From contig QPMI01000524.1 of NCBI GenBank assembly GCA_004431415.1, forward strand, positions 62,001-126,000: 64,000 nucleotides of DNA, read 5' to 3'. The translations under genes were made by a program, and so were the position numbers. The notes under the pieces are model-generated. The model worked only from the letters and a program-made list of their open reading frames with translations. It searched no databases and was not told where the DNA came from. This stretch comes from Cyanophora paradoxa CCMP329 (taxonomy: Eukaryota > Plantae > Glaucophyta). This document shows positions 1 through 12,843 of the stretch, piece by piece; the stretch's first letter is position 1, and every line of letters begins with the position of its first letter.

Positions 1-394
1 TCTTCACCAGCAGCCTTAGGTCCGGCCAAAAATGGTCCCAGAGCATCATCTGGCCCCAGAGCATCGACTCCAATCGATGGCATCTTACGCTTGAAGGATG
101 AGATCTGTTTCTTTACAAGGTCCTTGATTTCGAGTAGTGTGCCAGAGATAAAAAGTCCTTCTGTAATGAAGGGTTCAAGGAAATCGTCGATGTCCGATTT
201 AGCCGTATCCTTTGAACGCAAAAGCTCCCAAGCCAGGCGCATGCGCCGATGTAGCGGGATGCTTGCTACTTTGCATGCACTCAGATAGTGGTCATCATCG
301 TAATAATGAGCGCACTGAGCTGATATATGCTCCAGTACATTCACCAGGATAAGAAACTCAGACACCCGTCCCCAGCTCATGACGCGATGCTTCA
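1..394 (-). CDS. Internal exon of an unknown spliced protein, running off the left edge
   Basis: Open frame KHRVMSWGRVSEFLILVNVLEHISAQCAHYY...FLAGPKAAGE follows a CTGAT...CGCAG acceptor near 395. About 50% GC. No family recognised. Confidence 0.4.
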
Positions 395-2196
395 CTGCGT
401 ATCATACATCAGAAGAAGCCAGATAAGGTAATGCAAAGGTACAGAAACATCATTGGGCATACATATACCTCGAATAGGAGATGCAGACAAAGCAACAGAC
501 ATTCACAGCGGGCACCCCGAGATGCACACCTAGTATGAAGGGGCAAACATCAGACAAAGCAGTTACACAGTCGTCGGGAGGCAGTACAACCACTGAAAAC
601 AGCGTACCAAGGACGGATACAACACAGAATGCAGACCGAGAGGAAGCAAAGTGGGACAAAAGAACCACTCAACGCCCCGACTTGAAGGCCACCCACGCGC
701 TGGAGAGCGAAATAAGATGATAGCTAAACCCTCATTATGGGCAGGAGGGATGGCGCATGGGACGGGCGACGCACCAGAAATGTTAGCGCCAAAAAGAAGG
801 GAAGACAACCAGGGCAGCAGACATAAAAGGCTTTAATCCGATGACCCCTACAGATCGAAGAGCCATACATTAGCAAGTGCGGTCACCGCTGAGAGCCGCG
901 ATGCAGGATCTGAGCTTATAACAAGTGCGTACCGATTTTCGTCAAAACCGAAGCTGCAGTCAGTAAAACGACGGTGACGGTGATGGCCGGCAAAGGAGCG
1001 GAAAAGTCCCAACCCTGCGTAAAGCCACACATCAACTCCATGGCTCGCAACTGTACTATGCGCGGCGAAGGCAGCACGGCCTCACGCTAGCCGGGGCGCT
1101 ACTAGCGATAGAATCGCTAATAGTCAATAGGTGGTCTCTAGCACCGCATGCGCAACTGACTAACCGCGGCAGTTACGGTTGCATGCAACTAACCGCGAGA
1201 CCAAGGGCCCCAAGTCCAAACATTACGACCGGCGAGCGACGATAGATGTAGAGAAAGCGTGCACGTACCAAGCACTATGATCGTTGCTTCTAGGACCCAG
1301 CCGAGCCACGGACGACGCAAGCCCGGAGCGATGAAGCTGGCGCACGAACGAAGCACGCCTGGCCAAGCCAGGATAGCGGGACAGCTCTTTCCACTTGAAG
1401 CCGAGCAGGCCGCGAGGCCACCGCCCGCGGAAGCTGATCAGACTTGAGGCCAGGCACGCCAGCGCCACGCCAGGGATTGACTGATGTCCGGGTACAAAAA
1501 CAATGCAGGAGATCAAATTCTACGGCCTTAGTGGCGCCCGTACGCGTCGGACGCCGTCACTTAAAAGACTGCAGCACTTTAAGCACAGCCGCGACAGTAC
1601 GGCGCTGGCCTCGACGACTCTCGCGCGCGCGCCGAGCCTAGCACAGGAAGGAATCCCGCCGGCACCCTGGCCGGCGCCACCACCAAGCCGCACAAGCGGG
1701 ACAAAAAACATCACTAACAGACTCTGAGACCGGGGCCGGGAATCAGAAAGGCCGGCGCCGCCGGTCGCAGCAGCTGATACGACTTCGACGTCGACAGACA
1801 GCAGCTTCATTCAAGACAAGCAGAGAGTCCAACGCCTAGATCCCCTGCCATGAGCAGCAAGAACAAATTCAACATGCAAATACAATGACATACACACACA
1901 CAGCTACCTAGGCGCGGCAGGGCGGGGGGCTGCGCGGCGGAGCAGGGCGGCGGACCCGGTGCAGGCAAGATGGGTCCACGGCGGATGCGAAGCGCAAGCG
2001 CGGCCGCCCGGCGGATCCCGGAGCTGCTGCAAGCAGAAGCGGGCGCAGTCAAACCGGGGCAGCTGGGGACGGGGCGGCAAAGGAGCGGCGTCGCGGGGCG
2101 GCCCCTGCCACCTGTACGGGGGCCCGGATGCATAGCGTCGTTCCAGGGGCACAAAGTTGTAGGGATGGGAAGGGAGAGGAGGGGGGGGGGGCGAGG

Positions 2197-2480
2197 CCTA
2201 GGGCTGGGAAGCGGACGCTGGAAGCCTAGGGCTGGGGTGCGGGCGCTGGAGGCCTAGAGCTGGGGCGCGGGCGCTGGAGGCCTAGGGCTGGGGCGCGGGC
2301 GCTGGAGGCCTAGGGCTGGAGCGCGGGCGCTGGAGGGGGCGCGGGCGCTGGAGGCCTAGGGCTGGACGCGGGCGCTGGAGGCCTAGGGCTGGGACGCGGG
2401 CGCTGGAAGCCTAGGGCTTGGGCGCGGGCGCTGGAAGCATAGGGCTGGGGTGCAGGCGCTGGAGGCCTAGGGCTGGGGTG
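2197..2480. repeat. 28-bp G-rich minisatellite (CCTAGGGCTGGGGCGCGGGCGCTGGAGG)n, array 1
   Basis: Tandem copies visible directly, flanked by poly-G runs. Confidence 0.9.
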
Positions 2481-2807
2481 GGAGTGGGGGGGGGGGGGGG
2501 GGGGGGAGGGCGCTGAGGTTTCATTAACGTGAGCGATGCGCGTTGCATCCTGCACATGGCGTCAGCGGGATGCGGGCAGCAGGGGTACAGACGCGCGGAC
2601 CAGAGGCCAGAAAGCTCGAGAGACTCGAAGACCGAGAGGTGCGCGAAGGCCGAGAGGTGCACGCGCCTGATTGCCTCTCCCGTCCAGGGCATGCAGCCCC
2701 TCCGGCCTGCCACCTGCACGGGGCCCGGGTGCCTAGCGTCGTTCCAGAGGCACAAAGTTGTAGAATTGGGAAGGGAGAGGGGGGGGGAGGGGGGGGGGGG
2801 GGCGAGG

Positions 2808-3188
2808 CCTGGGCTGGGGCGCGGGCGCTGGAAGCCTAGAGCTGGGGCGCGGGCACTGGAGGCCTAGGGCTGGGGCGCGGGCGCTGGAGGCCTAGGGCTG
2901 GGGCGCGGGCGCTGGAGGCCTAGGGCTGGGGCGCGGGCGCTGGAGGCCTAGGGCTGGGACGCGGGCGCTGGAAGCCTAGGGTTTGGGCGCGGGCGCTGGA
3001 AGCATAGGGCTTGGGCGCGGGCGCTGGAGGCCTAGGGCTGGGGCGCGGGCGCTGGAGGCCTAGGGCTGGGGCGCGGGCGCTGGAGGCCTAGGGCTGGGAC
3101 GCGGGCGCTGGAAGCCTAGGGCTTGGGCGCGGGCGCTGGAAGCATAGGGCTGGGGTGCAGGCGCTGGAGGCCTAGGGCTGGGGCGCGG
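2808..3188. repeat. 28-bp G-rich minisatellite, array 2
   Basis: Units start at 2891 and 2919 (28-bp period). The array is preceded by a ~100-bp block (2707-2807) similar to 2104-2196. Confidence 0.9.
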
Positions 3189-3249
3189 CAACGATACTGC
3201 GGGCGGAAGCGGGCGCACTCAAATAAGAAGGATGGAAGATGTCGCGCCA

Positions 3250-5560
3250 ATGCGCGACCGCCCGGCAGCGCTGCTGCAGGCGTAAGAGGACGCGATCAAT
3301 TCGAGGGAGCGGGGACGGGGCAGCAGGACAGTGGCGTAGCCGGACGGCGGACCAGGCGCAGGCGAGAGAAGTCCACGGCACGTGCGGGGCTCGAGCGCCG
3401 GCGGCCACCGAAGCTGCTGCGGGCGGGAGCGGGCTCGATCAAATCGGGGCAACGAGCCGTCAGGGCGGTAGGAGAGCGGCAGAGCCAGGCAACGAACCCG
3501 GCGCAGGCAAACAGGACCCACGGAAGGTACGGGGAGCGAGCAATTCGACCGGCGGCCCTGCTGCGAGCAGGAGCGGGCATGATCAAATCATAAGAACATA
3601 GGACGGCGCGGCAGGAGAGCGGCGGAGCCGGGCGGCAGACCCGGTGCAGGCAAGAAGAATCCACGGCGGGTGCGAAGCCCAAGCGTGGCCAACCGGCCCA
3701 GCTGCTGCAAGCAGAAACGGGCGCGATCAAACCGGGGCAGATGGGAACGGGGCGGCAAAGGAGCGGCGTCGCGGGGCGGCGAACCCTGCGCGGACGAGAA
3801 GAGGCCGGGCGGCGGACCAGGCGCAGGCGAGAGGAGTCCACGGCACGTCCGGGGCCCAAGCGCCGGCAGCCACCGAAACTGCTGCGGGCGGGAGCGGGCG
3901 CGATCAAATCGGGGCGACGAGCCTTCAGGGCGGTAGGAGAGCGACGGGGCTAGGCAGCGAACCCGGCGCAAATCATAAGGACGAGGGACGGCGCGGCAGG
4001 AGAGCGGCGGAGCCGGGCGGCGGACCCGGTGCAGGCGAGATGGATCCAGGGCTGGGAAGCGGACGCTGGACGCCTAGGGCTGGGGTGCGGGCGCTGGAGG
4101 CCTAGAGCTGGGGCGCGGGCGCTGGAGGCCTAGGGCTGGGACGCGGGCCCTGGAGGCCCTGGAGCGCGGGGCGGCGAACCCTGCGCGGACGAGAAGAGGC
4201 CGGGCGGCGGACCAGGCGCAGGCGAGAGGAGTCCAAGGCACGTCCGGGGCCCAAGCGCCGGCGGCCACCGAAACTGCTGCGGGCGGGAGCGAACGCGATC
4301 AAATCGGGGCGACGAGCCTTCAGGGCGGTAGGAGAGCGACAGGGCTAGGCAGCGAACCCGGCGCAAATCATAAGGACGAGGGACGGCGCGGCAGGAGAGC
4401 GGCGGAGCCGGGCGGCGGACCCGGTGCAGGCGAGATGGATCCACGGCGGGTGCGGGGCCCAAAAGCGGCCGCCTGGCAGCGCTGCTACTAGAACGCGATC
4501 AGTTCGAGAGAGCGGGGGACGGGGCGGCAGGACAGTGGCGTAGCCGGCGGCGGACCAGGCGCAGGCGAGAGGAGTCCACGGCACGTACGGGGCCCGATCG
4601 CCAGCGGCCACCGAAGCTGCTGCGGGCGGAACGGGCGCGACCAAATCGGGGCGACAAACCGTCAGGGCGGTAGGAGAGCGGCAGGGCCAGGCAGCGAACC
4701 CGGCGCAGGCAAGCTGGACACACGGAAGGTACGAGGCGCGAGTGTGGTCGACCGGCGGCCCTGCTGCAGGCAGGAGCGGGCATGATCAAATCATAAGAAC
4801 AGGGGACGGCGCGGCAAGAAAGCGGCGGAGACGGGCGGCGGACCCGGAGCAGGCAAGATGGGTCCACGGCGGGTGCGGAGCCCAAGCGTGGCCGACCGGC
4901 AGCGCTGCTGCCGAGGGAAAACAACGCGATCAATTCGAAGGAGCGGGGGACGGGGCGGCAGGACAGTGGCGTAGCCGGGCGGCGTACCAGGCGCAGACGA
5001 GAGGAGTCCACGGCACGTGCGGGGCCGATCGCCAGCGGCCACCGAAGCTGCTGCGGGCGGGAGCGGGCGCGACCAAATCGGGGCGACAAACCGTCAGGGC
5101 GGTAGGAGAGCGGCAGGGCCAGGCAGCGAACCCGGCGCAGACAAGCTGGACACACGGAAGGTACGAGGCGCGAGCGTTGTCGACCGGCGGACCTGCTGCG
5201 GGCAGGAGCGGGCATGATCAAATCATAAGAACGGTGGACGGCACGGCAAGAGAGCGGCAGAGACGGGCGGCGGACCCGGAGCAGGCAAGATGGGTCCACG
5301 GCGCGTGCGGAGCCCAAGCGTGGCCGCCCGGCGGAGCTGCTGCAGGCAGAAGCGGACCGGATCAAACCGGGGCAGATGGGGAAGGGGCAGCAGAGAAGCG
5401 GCGGCGCAGGCAAGCTGGACACACGGAAGGTACAAGGCGCGAGCGCGGTCGACCGGCGTACCTGCCGCAAGCAGGAGCGGACGCACTCAAACCGGGGCGG
5501 ATGGGGACGGGGCGGAAAAGGACCGGCGTCGCGGGGCGACGAACCCGGCGCAGACGAGAA
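3250..5560. repeat. ~144-bp diverged satellite with higher-order (~432 bp) organisation, interrupted by a short 28-bp minisatellite array at ~4049-4170
   Basis: GATC/GACC anchors (mostly GATCAA/GACCAA) at 3294, 3437, 3581, 3725 and at 4497, 4639, 4784, 4928, 5071, 5216, 5360 (spacing 142-145). A partial copy lies at ~1915-2100. Confidence 0.85.
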
Positions 5561-6966
5561 GTGGCCCTGCATCAGCGGCGGCGCTGATGCAGGCAGACAA
5601 TCACCTGATGACCATTAAACGCAGAAGCGCACAAACAGCAAAACCGCCGCTCACCGTGGAACAATCGGCCGCATATACGCGACTTCCGCGCCGCTGCGGA
5701 TGGTCCGCGCTGCCGGCGATCGCTCCGGGATCACATCCTTCGATCGATCTGCGGCGGACAACATGATTCGACAACCACAGCCCAACCTCACACTTGAGGC
5801 CGGGCAGGCCCGACCTCACAAGGATCACACCGCGTAACGGGGGGGTACACTACCACAACCGAACGACCGTGGCCCACGGTCGTTCGACGAGGGGGGGTAC
5901 ACAGATATGTAGACTTTCCGCAAGCCGACACTGTCCCACCCGCGAACGCCGTCCAGTCTGGCACACACGAGATGCCAATGCCATGGAAAATACCGGTACT
6001 TACCCTCCGAGGCTCACGCGCGGATTTCCTAATACCACACTTCCGCCTCGCACGCGGCGCTCATATCTACCTTCGCTGATCTTGCCACGACACGACAGAC
6101 CCACGAGGACGACCTCGGCAATTGGTGGCGCCATTGGCCGGTCAAGCTAGCAAGGAGGGCCTTTCGAAAGCAGCGGCGCACGCTCCAACCAGGCGAGCTT
6201 CGTGTAACACGGGCATCCATGTGCGTACACTCGCTCGGCCAGGAAACCCGACAGGCGCCTGAAAGTAGCGCAGCAAACGCGATGCACGCTACTATGTTAG
6301 ATGCTGGTGTCGGGAATGGAGTACAAAAGAGCCACCAGCATGGATCAAGTTCAAAAGACGTGCGCCACATACCTGCACCCTGAAGACCCCTGACATCGAC
6401 CCAATTCTGATGATGGCCGCATGCACAGCCCTCATTTATGCTACATGGATAGAAGGAAGACTGTCACTACTCGAAAAACACGGCCGTATCCCTTGAATGC
6501 AGCGAGTGCTACTTATTTGGAACCGACCGCACCAATTCAAACAGTACTATTCAACAGCAGAAGCTTGCTTCTCCTGACCATCAAGCTTCTCGAGAGATCA
6601 TAAACATGACAACTAGCAATCCATCTTAATTTCAAGAACTCAAAGCTCATAGCTGTAATGGAGGCTCACCCTAACCCTCAGCATGCTCATCGGGAGCCTC
6701 TTCCAGGGACGGTGGCTCTGAACAGCATAACGTCCTGACAGCAACACCTGTGTCCATAACGACAGCGCTAGCATTGCTTAATCTATCAAAAACGCATGCA
6801 CAGCACTCATATATGATATGAGGATGACTGCCAGCCTGCACCTCGAGAGTTCTGCAGCACAGTGCAATCGTGATTGCCGCAATCATAGTTCTACTTAGTA
6901 CGCCTATAAAAAGTACGCTTAAAAACAGATTATGCCATGAACCACGGGTTCGGCCGCTACTACTTG

Positions 6967-8400
6967 CTATTGCTTGTGAGACAACTCAGCGACGAGTGCA
7001 CCTGCCTCCTCCACGAGGGACCGAACCTGCTCCTTCGTAAGGGCATCCTGTAGAAACAGATACGGCGATCATATGTCAGTCGAAGACAGATACGGACAGC
7101 AAATGACACCGGGATTCCCACACCTCAGCCGCAAGAGCTTCAGTCCTCCCCCGCTTCCTCGTTCCGACACCAACATGCTCCTTTTCGATAGCAGCCATAA
7201 GGACCCTAGCCTGCATAGTTCGGATTACAGCTGGCAATCGCAGGTGCACAGGATTTGCAATAGCCCACCTTAGACGCAAGATCTTCATTCCTCCTCCGAA
7301 GGGACTCCAGGTACTCGTCCCTGTGCAAGGGCCAAATGAGCAACATCGAAGGGAGACATGTAAAAGCATACGTAAGGCTCACCTCGACTTCTTGTGAGCC
7401 ACAACGATGTTATTAAGACGGACAATATGCCAGCATAACACCGCGAACGAATCCCGGATACGGGTCATCAGCACCATGGCAGAATCAATCAAGACATCTG
7501 CATCATGAAGCTGAGAGGCGGAGAGAAGACCCGAGCTGTCGTCCTGGAGGTCCTTCTTCAGCTCAGGAAAACATGGCATGACTTTGCTGATTTCACCCAG
7601 AAGCACGTCAAAGTATTCAGCACTACCAGGCATACTGCCCGGCAATGCAAGCAAAGCAAGCGACCCCTGAGGAGCTAAAGCACAAATCAAAACACAACCG
7701 GTAGTGCCCAAAGAAATAACGAATGACAGAGTACAAACCCGTTACAGGGCATTCAATCCGTTGACCGTCTTCTGATCTGAGCGAGCATTCTGAATGCTGC
7801 AGTTCTTCATGGTACAGATCGTACACCCGAAGCAGGCTCTGTATATGACTATCGAGCACTCCCCTGTGTACGACAAGTACAAGCCGAAGGAAATCAAGAT
7901 TCTTGGCTACAGTCCGAATCGCTTCTTTACCAGGACTCGTTGGTCTGACCCGCTGCATGATGATAGCACGGACCAGGGGCGCCAAACGACACAATGAATT
8001 CAGATGCGAGTGTATGGATCGGCTCCAAAGACGCCATACACCGCCTGCTTCCATCACGCTTGATAGGCAGCTGCGGATCCAATCCACGAGGTCGCTTACA
8101 TGACCGGACTTGCACGGGCAAGCAGGGAACTGTAGAACCATTAGAAATTTGAAAAACATGCGCAACGATCAACACGTACATGATGGGACTCGCACTGAGA
8201 GATAGAACTCGACACAGGCGGCATCCAGCAGGTACAGTTTACACCTGCAGCGATACACCAGGTCATTAGCATTTAGACCGCATCAGAGCGGACCCGGAAA
8301 CACGAGCATGCGCACGGAGCAAGAGCACCAGGCGCGCAGAGCGCTCACACGACGACTGAACGGTAGTAGGACCAGGGCGCAGGCGTCTGGCGGCAACGAT
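6967..8400 (-). CDS. Orphan multi-exon protein (5' end not resolved)
   Basis: In-frame exon chain through GT-AG introns: ...FPACPCKSGHVSDLVDWIRSC...|APQGSLAL...HKKSR|DEYLESLRRRNEDLASK|ARVLMAAIEKEH...LAAE|DALTKEQVRSLVEEAGALVAELSHKQ*. About 50% GC, unlike the host genes. Confidence 0.5.
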
Positions 8401-10143
8401 GGCAATGCAAAGAAGTCAGCAGCAGGCCAGCGCATATAACAAGCAGGACAACAGTGGCAGGGCAGCGCGTACAGCGGTCCGGTCTAGATCCGACAGGCAG
8501 CGATGGCCTGAAGTACAAAAGCAAAGGAGGACTTGCGGCCTGAATGCGCCGCACACCGAGAGAGGCTGGACGCGACCAGGGTGCGGTTGTGAGCGAAGCG
8601 GAGCATATAACGAGTCGGGCGCCAAAGACAGGGCGGCACGTACAACGGAACGACGGGAGCTCCAGCTAGGGCGACACCAGCACGGCCGCCGGGCCAATTC
8701 CGAAAAGTGGAACGAGGACGCTAACAACAGCTAAGATGCAGCGGCCGCAATGCCAGGACGTGCGGCCAGAAGGGTATACGCAACACCACATAACCGGGTA
8801 CACCAACGCCAAGTAGTCGATCGCGAGCGATCGCGAACGTCCGACGTCGACGTCGACTGCCGATCGAGACAAGTCAACTAGGACCCCAAGCAAAGACCCG
8901 ATCTCGGAGACTTCAAAAATCATGTACCCCCCAGAATCTCATAACAATAGTACATAGGTCGCAGAGCTTTTAACAATGGGCCGTACAATTGCAGACCTTT
9001 ACAACTCGAAAGTCCGACAGGTACTCCTTAAACGTCATTGGATGGAAGCAGGTACTACTCGATTGACGGGTCACGAGTCGGCAGTAAGTATAGCCTCTGG
9101 TCTCTTCTTCCCTTCGGTCAGAATTGAGACCCGAGGCTGATGCATATATCTTCTACCCGGCTCGACCACTAGCGCACGCTCGGTCCAGTTACCCGCTATC
9201 GGTGACCAATCGGTGCCCTGTCCGTGTCGCGTGCGTGCCCTCAGGAAGGAATCCTCCCCCCCAGATCCGAATCCGGGTGTTCGGCCCCGGAACCGAGAAT
9301 CCTAACCGCTAGGCTAAAACCGCAACCGAAATGAAAGTTCTCAGGCGGGTATTTGAACCGCCTCCCACCCACGAGTCGGAAGGAAGGTGGGACCCTGGAA
9401 AATATTCCAACCGCCCCACGACGCACTGCGGCAACGCGGCGCCATAGCGAGCACTGCGAGCGGCGCAGCTCATGCTCGAGATCGCTATTCTAGCGCTGGG
9501 AAGTTCGTATCCAAGCTCAAAGTCGAAAGTTTTCGGAATCGATCCGACTCACTCGAAAATTTGATCCGCAGGCATGGGCCAGCCGATTCCTCTCCGCCAA
9601 CATGCAAGAGCAATGCACACAGATGCGCATAGACTAAATAGAGAGTGTGCCGTCCCGAAATTCGCCTTCGAGCACCGGCGCAGCGAGCATCAACAAGCTA
9701 TATATGTTCGTTGGATGCTTATCTGAAATTTAGCATGCTATACGCGCGCGAGAAGCCTCCGACATCCAGTCTGAACCGGAAAATCGATCCTATACATGCC
9801 TTTCTAGTTCTCGATGCGCCTGCACTGCTCCAGCTCTCGAAATATTTCTGCATGCTCTTGCGATGTTTATCTAGCGATGCATGGTTTGAATTCAAAGACG
9901 TCCGGCCTCAGCAGCTCTCACTAGGACTAGACTCACGAAAATTGCGCAACGTATCTAGATCTACCTTGATCTTTAATTGATCTTAAATCAATGTCCTTCC
10001 ACTTAGATCTGGATAACTCGAAGGAATCTGGATGGGTGGGATGGGCTGGGGGGAGGGGGGGGGGCCTTCCCCGCGTGAGCGGGTGTCTTGTTAATATATT
10101 AAGGATATATATATATTTTTTGGTGAATTACCGGCCACAGTCT

Positions 10144-10800
10144 CTAGACACCAGCACTGCGGGGGCTGCTCAGGGCCCAGGGGGCATAAAGACAAAAAAG
10201 CAAAAGAACTAAGACAAGAGCACGAAGAAAGATAAGACAAAGAGCCAAAATCGACAATAAAAAAGGAAAGACACAGAGCTCGAGACAGATCGATAGCGCG
10301 CGAGAAGAGACGATAAATCGAGCAGATCTAGGGACAGAGGATAACTGACACGAAGAAGAGCCAGAGCTAGAGATACCATCAATATCAGAAGGAATTACAT
10401 CACTAAGAAGCGGGGGACAAAATTGAGAAAGATAAATAACAGGAAGAAGACAAGTAAGAGGAACAACAAGACGACGCGGAGGCGGAGGCGAAGCAGGACG
10501 ACGCGAAAGGGCAGAGCTACGGCACGAGGTCGAGGAGGACACAGGAGGCGGAGCAGGCGGATCAAGAGCAGGCAAAAGGACAGTCAAAGGAATCACTAAA
10601 GCCGGCCGGGGTCGAGGCGGGCAATCGAACTGCAAACGACGGCGAACAACAGGTCGAGCACGAGGACTATAGCTAGTATTGAAACTAACTCTAGCATCAA
10701 CACTACGATCAGAATCCGAACCAGACCGAACTAAAAAATCAAAAATAGACCGCGCCCGGCCCTGTGCAAGTGCGGCAAGTGCGGGCCGCGCGCGGAGGTG
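10144..10800 (-). other. Strongly pyrimidine-skewed (minus-strand T/C-rich) ORF segment ending in a hydrophobic helix; possible mobile-element remnant
   Basis: The + strand at 10190-10750 is A/G-rich. The 356-aa minus ORF ends ...LELCVFPFLLSILALCLIFLRALVLVLLLFCLYAPW.... Confidence 0.3.
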
Positions 10801-10959
10801 CAAGGGGGGGTACTGGTACACATTGCAGGGTACTTGGGGGGGAGGCGGGGGGCGCAGGGGAGGGGGGCGGAGGGGGCAGCTAGAGAGGCAAGGCGGGCGG
10901 CCGGGCGAGGCGGGCGGGGTGGCGAGGCGGGTAGGTGGGGTGGCGACGCTGGCGGCGGC

Positions 10960-11570
10960 GGGCGGGAAAGCGGGATCCGGAGGAGAGACAGGTGGCACCG
11001 GGCCCTGCACGTAGCCTGCGCATGCGCAGAACCGAGGCGTCAGCTCGCCCCGGACAGCGGCCGTGCGGGGGCGGGGCCCAGCGGGGGCGGCCGGGCCATG
11101 GCCAGGTGCGCAGCAGCAGCGGCGGAGCGAACCTGGAGTCGACGAAGTTGAAGCAGCCGGCAGGGCGGCGGGCGGGGAAGCGGGCGGAGCGGCAGGTGGC
11201 GCCGGGCCCTGCACGTAGCCTGCGCATGCGCAGAACCGAGGCGTCAGTTCGCCCCGGACAGCGGCCGTGCGGGGGCGGGGCCCAGCGGGGCGGCCGGGTC
11301 AGATGCGAAGCAGCAGCGGCGGGCGAACCTGGAGTCGACGAAGCTGAAGCAGCCGGCGGGGCGGCGGGCGAGGAAGCGGGCGGAGCGGCAGGTGGCGCCG
11401 GGCCCTGCGCGTAGCCTGCGTGCGCAGGGCCGAGGCGTCAGCTCGCCCCGGACGTCGACAGCGGCGGCGCCGGCGCGGGGCCCAGCGAGGTCGGCCGGGT
11501 GACGCGCGCGGCAGCAGCGGCGCCGGCGGGCGAACCTGGAGTCGACGAAGCTGAAGCAGCGGGCGGGGCG
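10960..11570. repeat. Three ~200-bp tandem repeats
   Basis: GGTGGC(A/G)CCGGGCCCTGC(A/G)CGTAGCC at 10991, 11195 and 11391. GAACCTGGAGTCGACGAAG also recurs three times. Confidence 0.85.
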
Positions 11571-12843
11571 ACAGGCAGGGAGCAGCTGCTGAAGCAGCTG
11601 GCGCGCGGAGCAGCTGGGAGCAGCGGGCAGGGAAGCAGCCCGGCGCAGCGAACTAGGAGCAGCTGTGAATACTGCGACGCCGCCACCGGCCCTCCACTAC
11701 CGTAGTACAGCTAGTACGGAGCGCCGGCCGCGGCCGCCGGTCAAGCCACGCATCCGGTCCGGCCGCGCCGCGGCGGGCCGAGGCGTGCGAGTGGTGATCC
11801 GCCCCGTACTTGCGCTTGAAGGGCTTGACATCGCCGAGCTGAAGTCCGCCTGAACTGGATCATTGGCGGAGTCCGCCTGGAGGGTGGGCGAAACGCCGCG
11901 GCCCGGGTGCGCACCGGAGAAGGCGCCCGCTTCTTTCTGCACTCTCTCACGGCGGGTACTGCAACACGATATCGGCATCCATTCCCCCCCTGCTCGAGTC
12001 TCGAAACAATCCAACTCGCAGGAGCGCTTTTTTCCGGCGCCCGGTACAACAGGTACTTGAGGCGGCCTAGCGCGCCGCACGCCGCTTCTCGAGGCCAGGC
12101 ATGTATGACAAAGTTTGTAGAGCGCATTGAGAGCAATCAGGAGCACGTGGTCCGGCGCGTATAGCAACAGCAGGTGAGGCGCGACCTCAACATGTTTGCG
12201 CAGCCCCGCCCTTGCATTTTTTTTCGCCGCTCGCAGCGGCTACGATGCGATCACACCTATACGAGAGCGCATGCAAAGAATCGCATCTTACAAAAATTGC
12301 TGACACAGAAAGTACGCCGCACCAACTCACCAGGGGAGCAAGGGAGGGGGTACCCCCCCTTGCAACTAGAAGACGAAGAAGTACGCCGGCGCCTGCGGGA
12401 TACGACCAGCGAAGCAGAAGACGAAGGCAAAGGATATATACCGATCGCGATCGCGATTAATTCGCGATCATATCGGATCAGGAGGAAATTCCGAGAAATT
12501 ATAAAACGGCCATGTCTGCACGCCCCTGCGGGTCTGTGGAGCGCTACCGGGGGTAGCGGCGCGGGCCGCGCCGCGCGCGCGGCGGCCCCAGTCGTGCCAC
12601 CGTCACGGCGTGGCGCCCGGCACGGTGGATCGTGCCACAGTGATTTCGCCGAGTCGGTCGGACCCGGGAGCTCGACCCGACTAGTAGTAGTCTAGTACTA
12701 GTGCTCTCGACGGGAGGCGAATGAATGGCCTCGCACACATCCACTTGAGGAGCTGCCATATGCATGCCCCCGATTGCATGTCGGGCAAATCACAGTGGCC
12801 ACAACTTCGAGGCCTCGGCATCGGCCCGGCGGGCGCGGGTCGC

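Noticed and set aside
3250-5560. Regularly spaced repeats resembling a CRISPR array, and long ORFs across them
   Set aside because: Whole monomers are homologous with no unique spacers, there are no cas genes and the context is eukaryotic. The ORFs reflect GC-rich stop-poor repeats.
6146-6158. 13-bp match (GCTAGCAAGGAGG) to the LINE 3' UTR
   Set aside because: An isolated 13-mer match between arbitrary positions is expected by chance in 64 kb, and there is no flanking similarity.
5600-6420. CTGATGA motifs as hammerhead ribozyme cores
   Set aside because: No properly placed GAAA or supporting stems were found.
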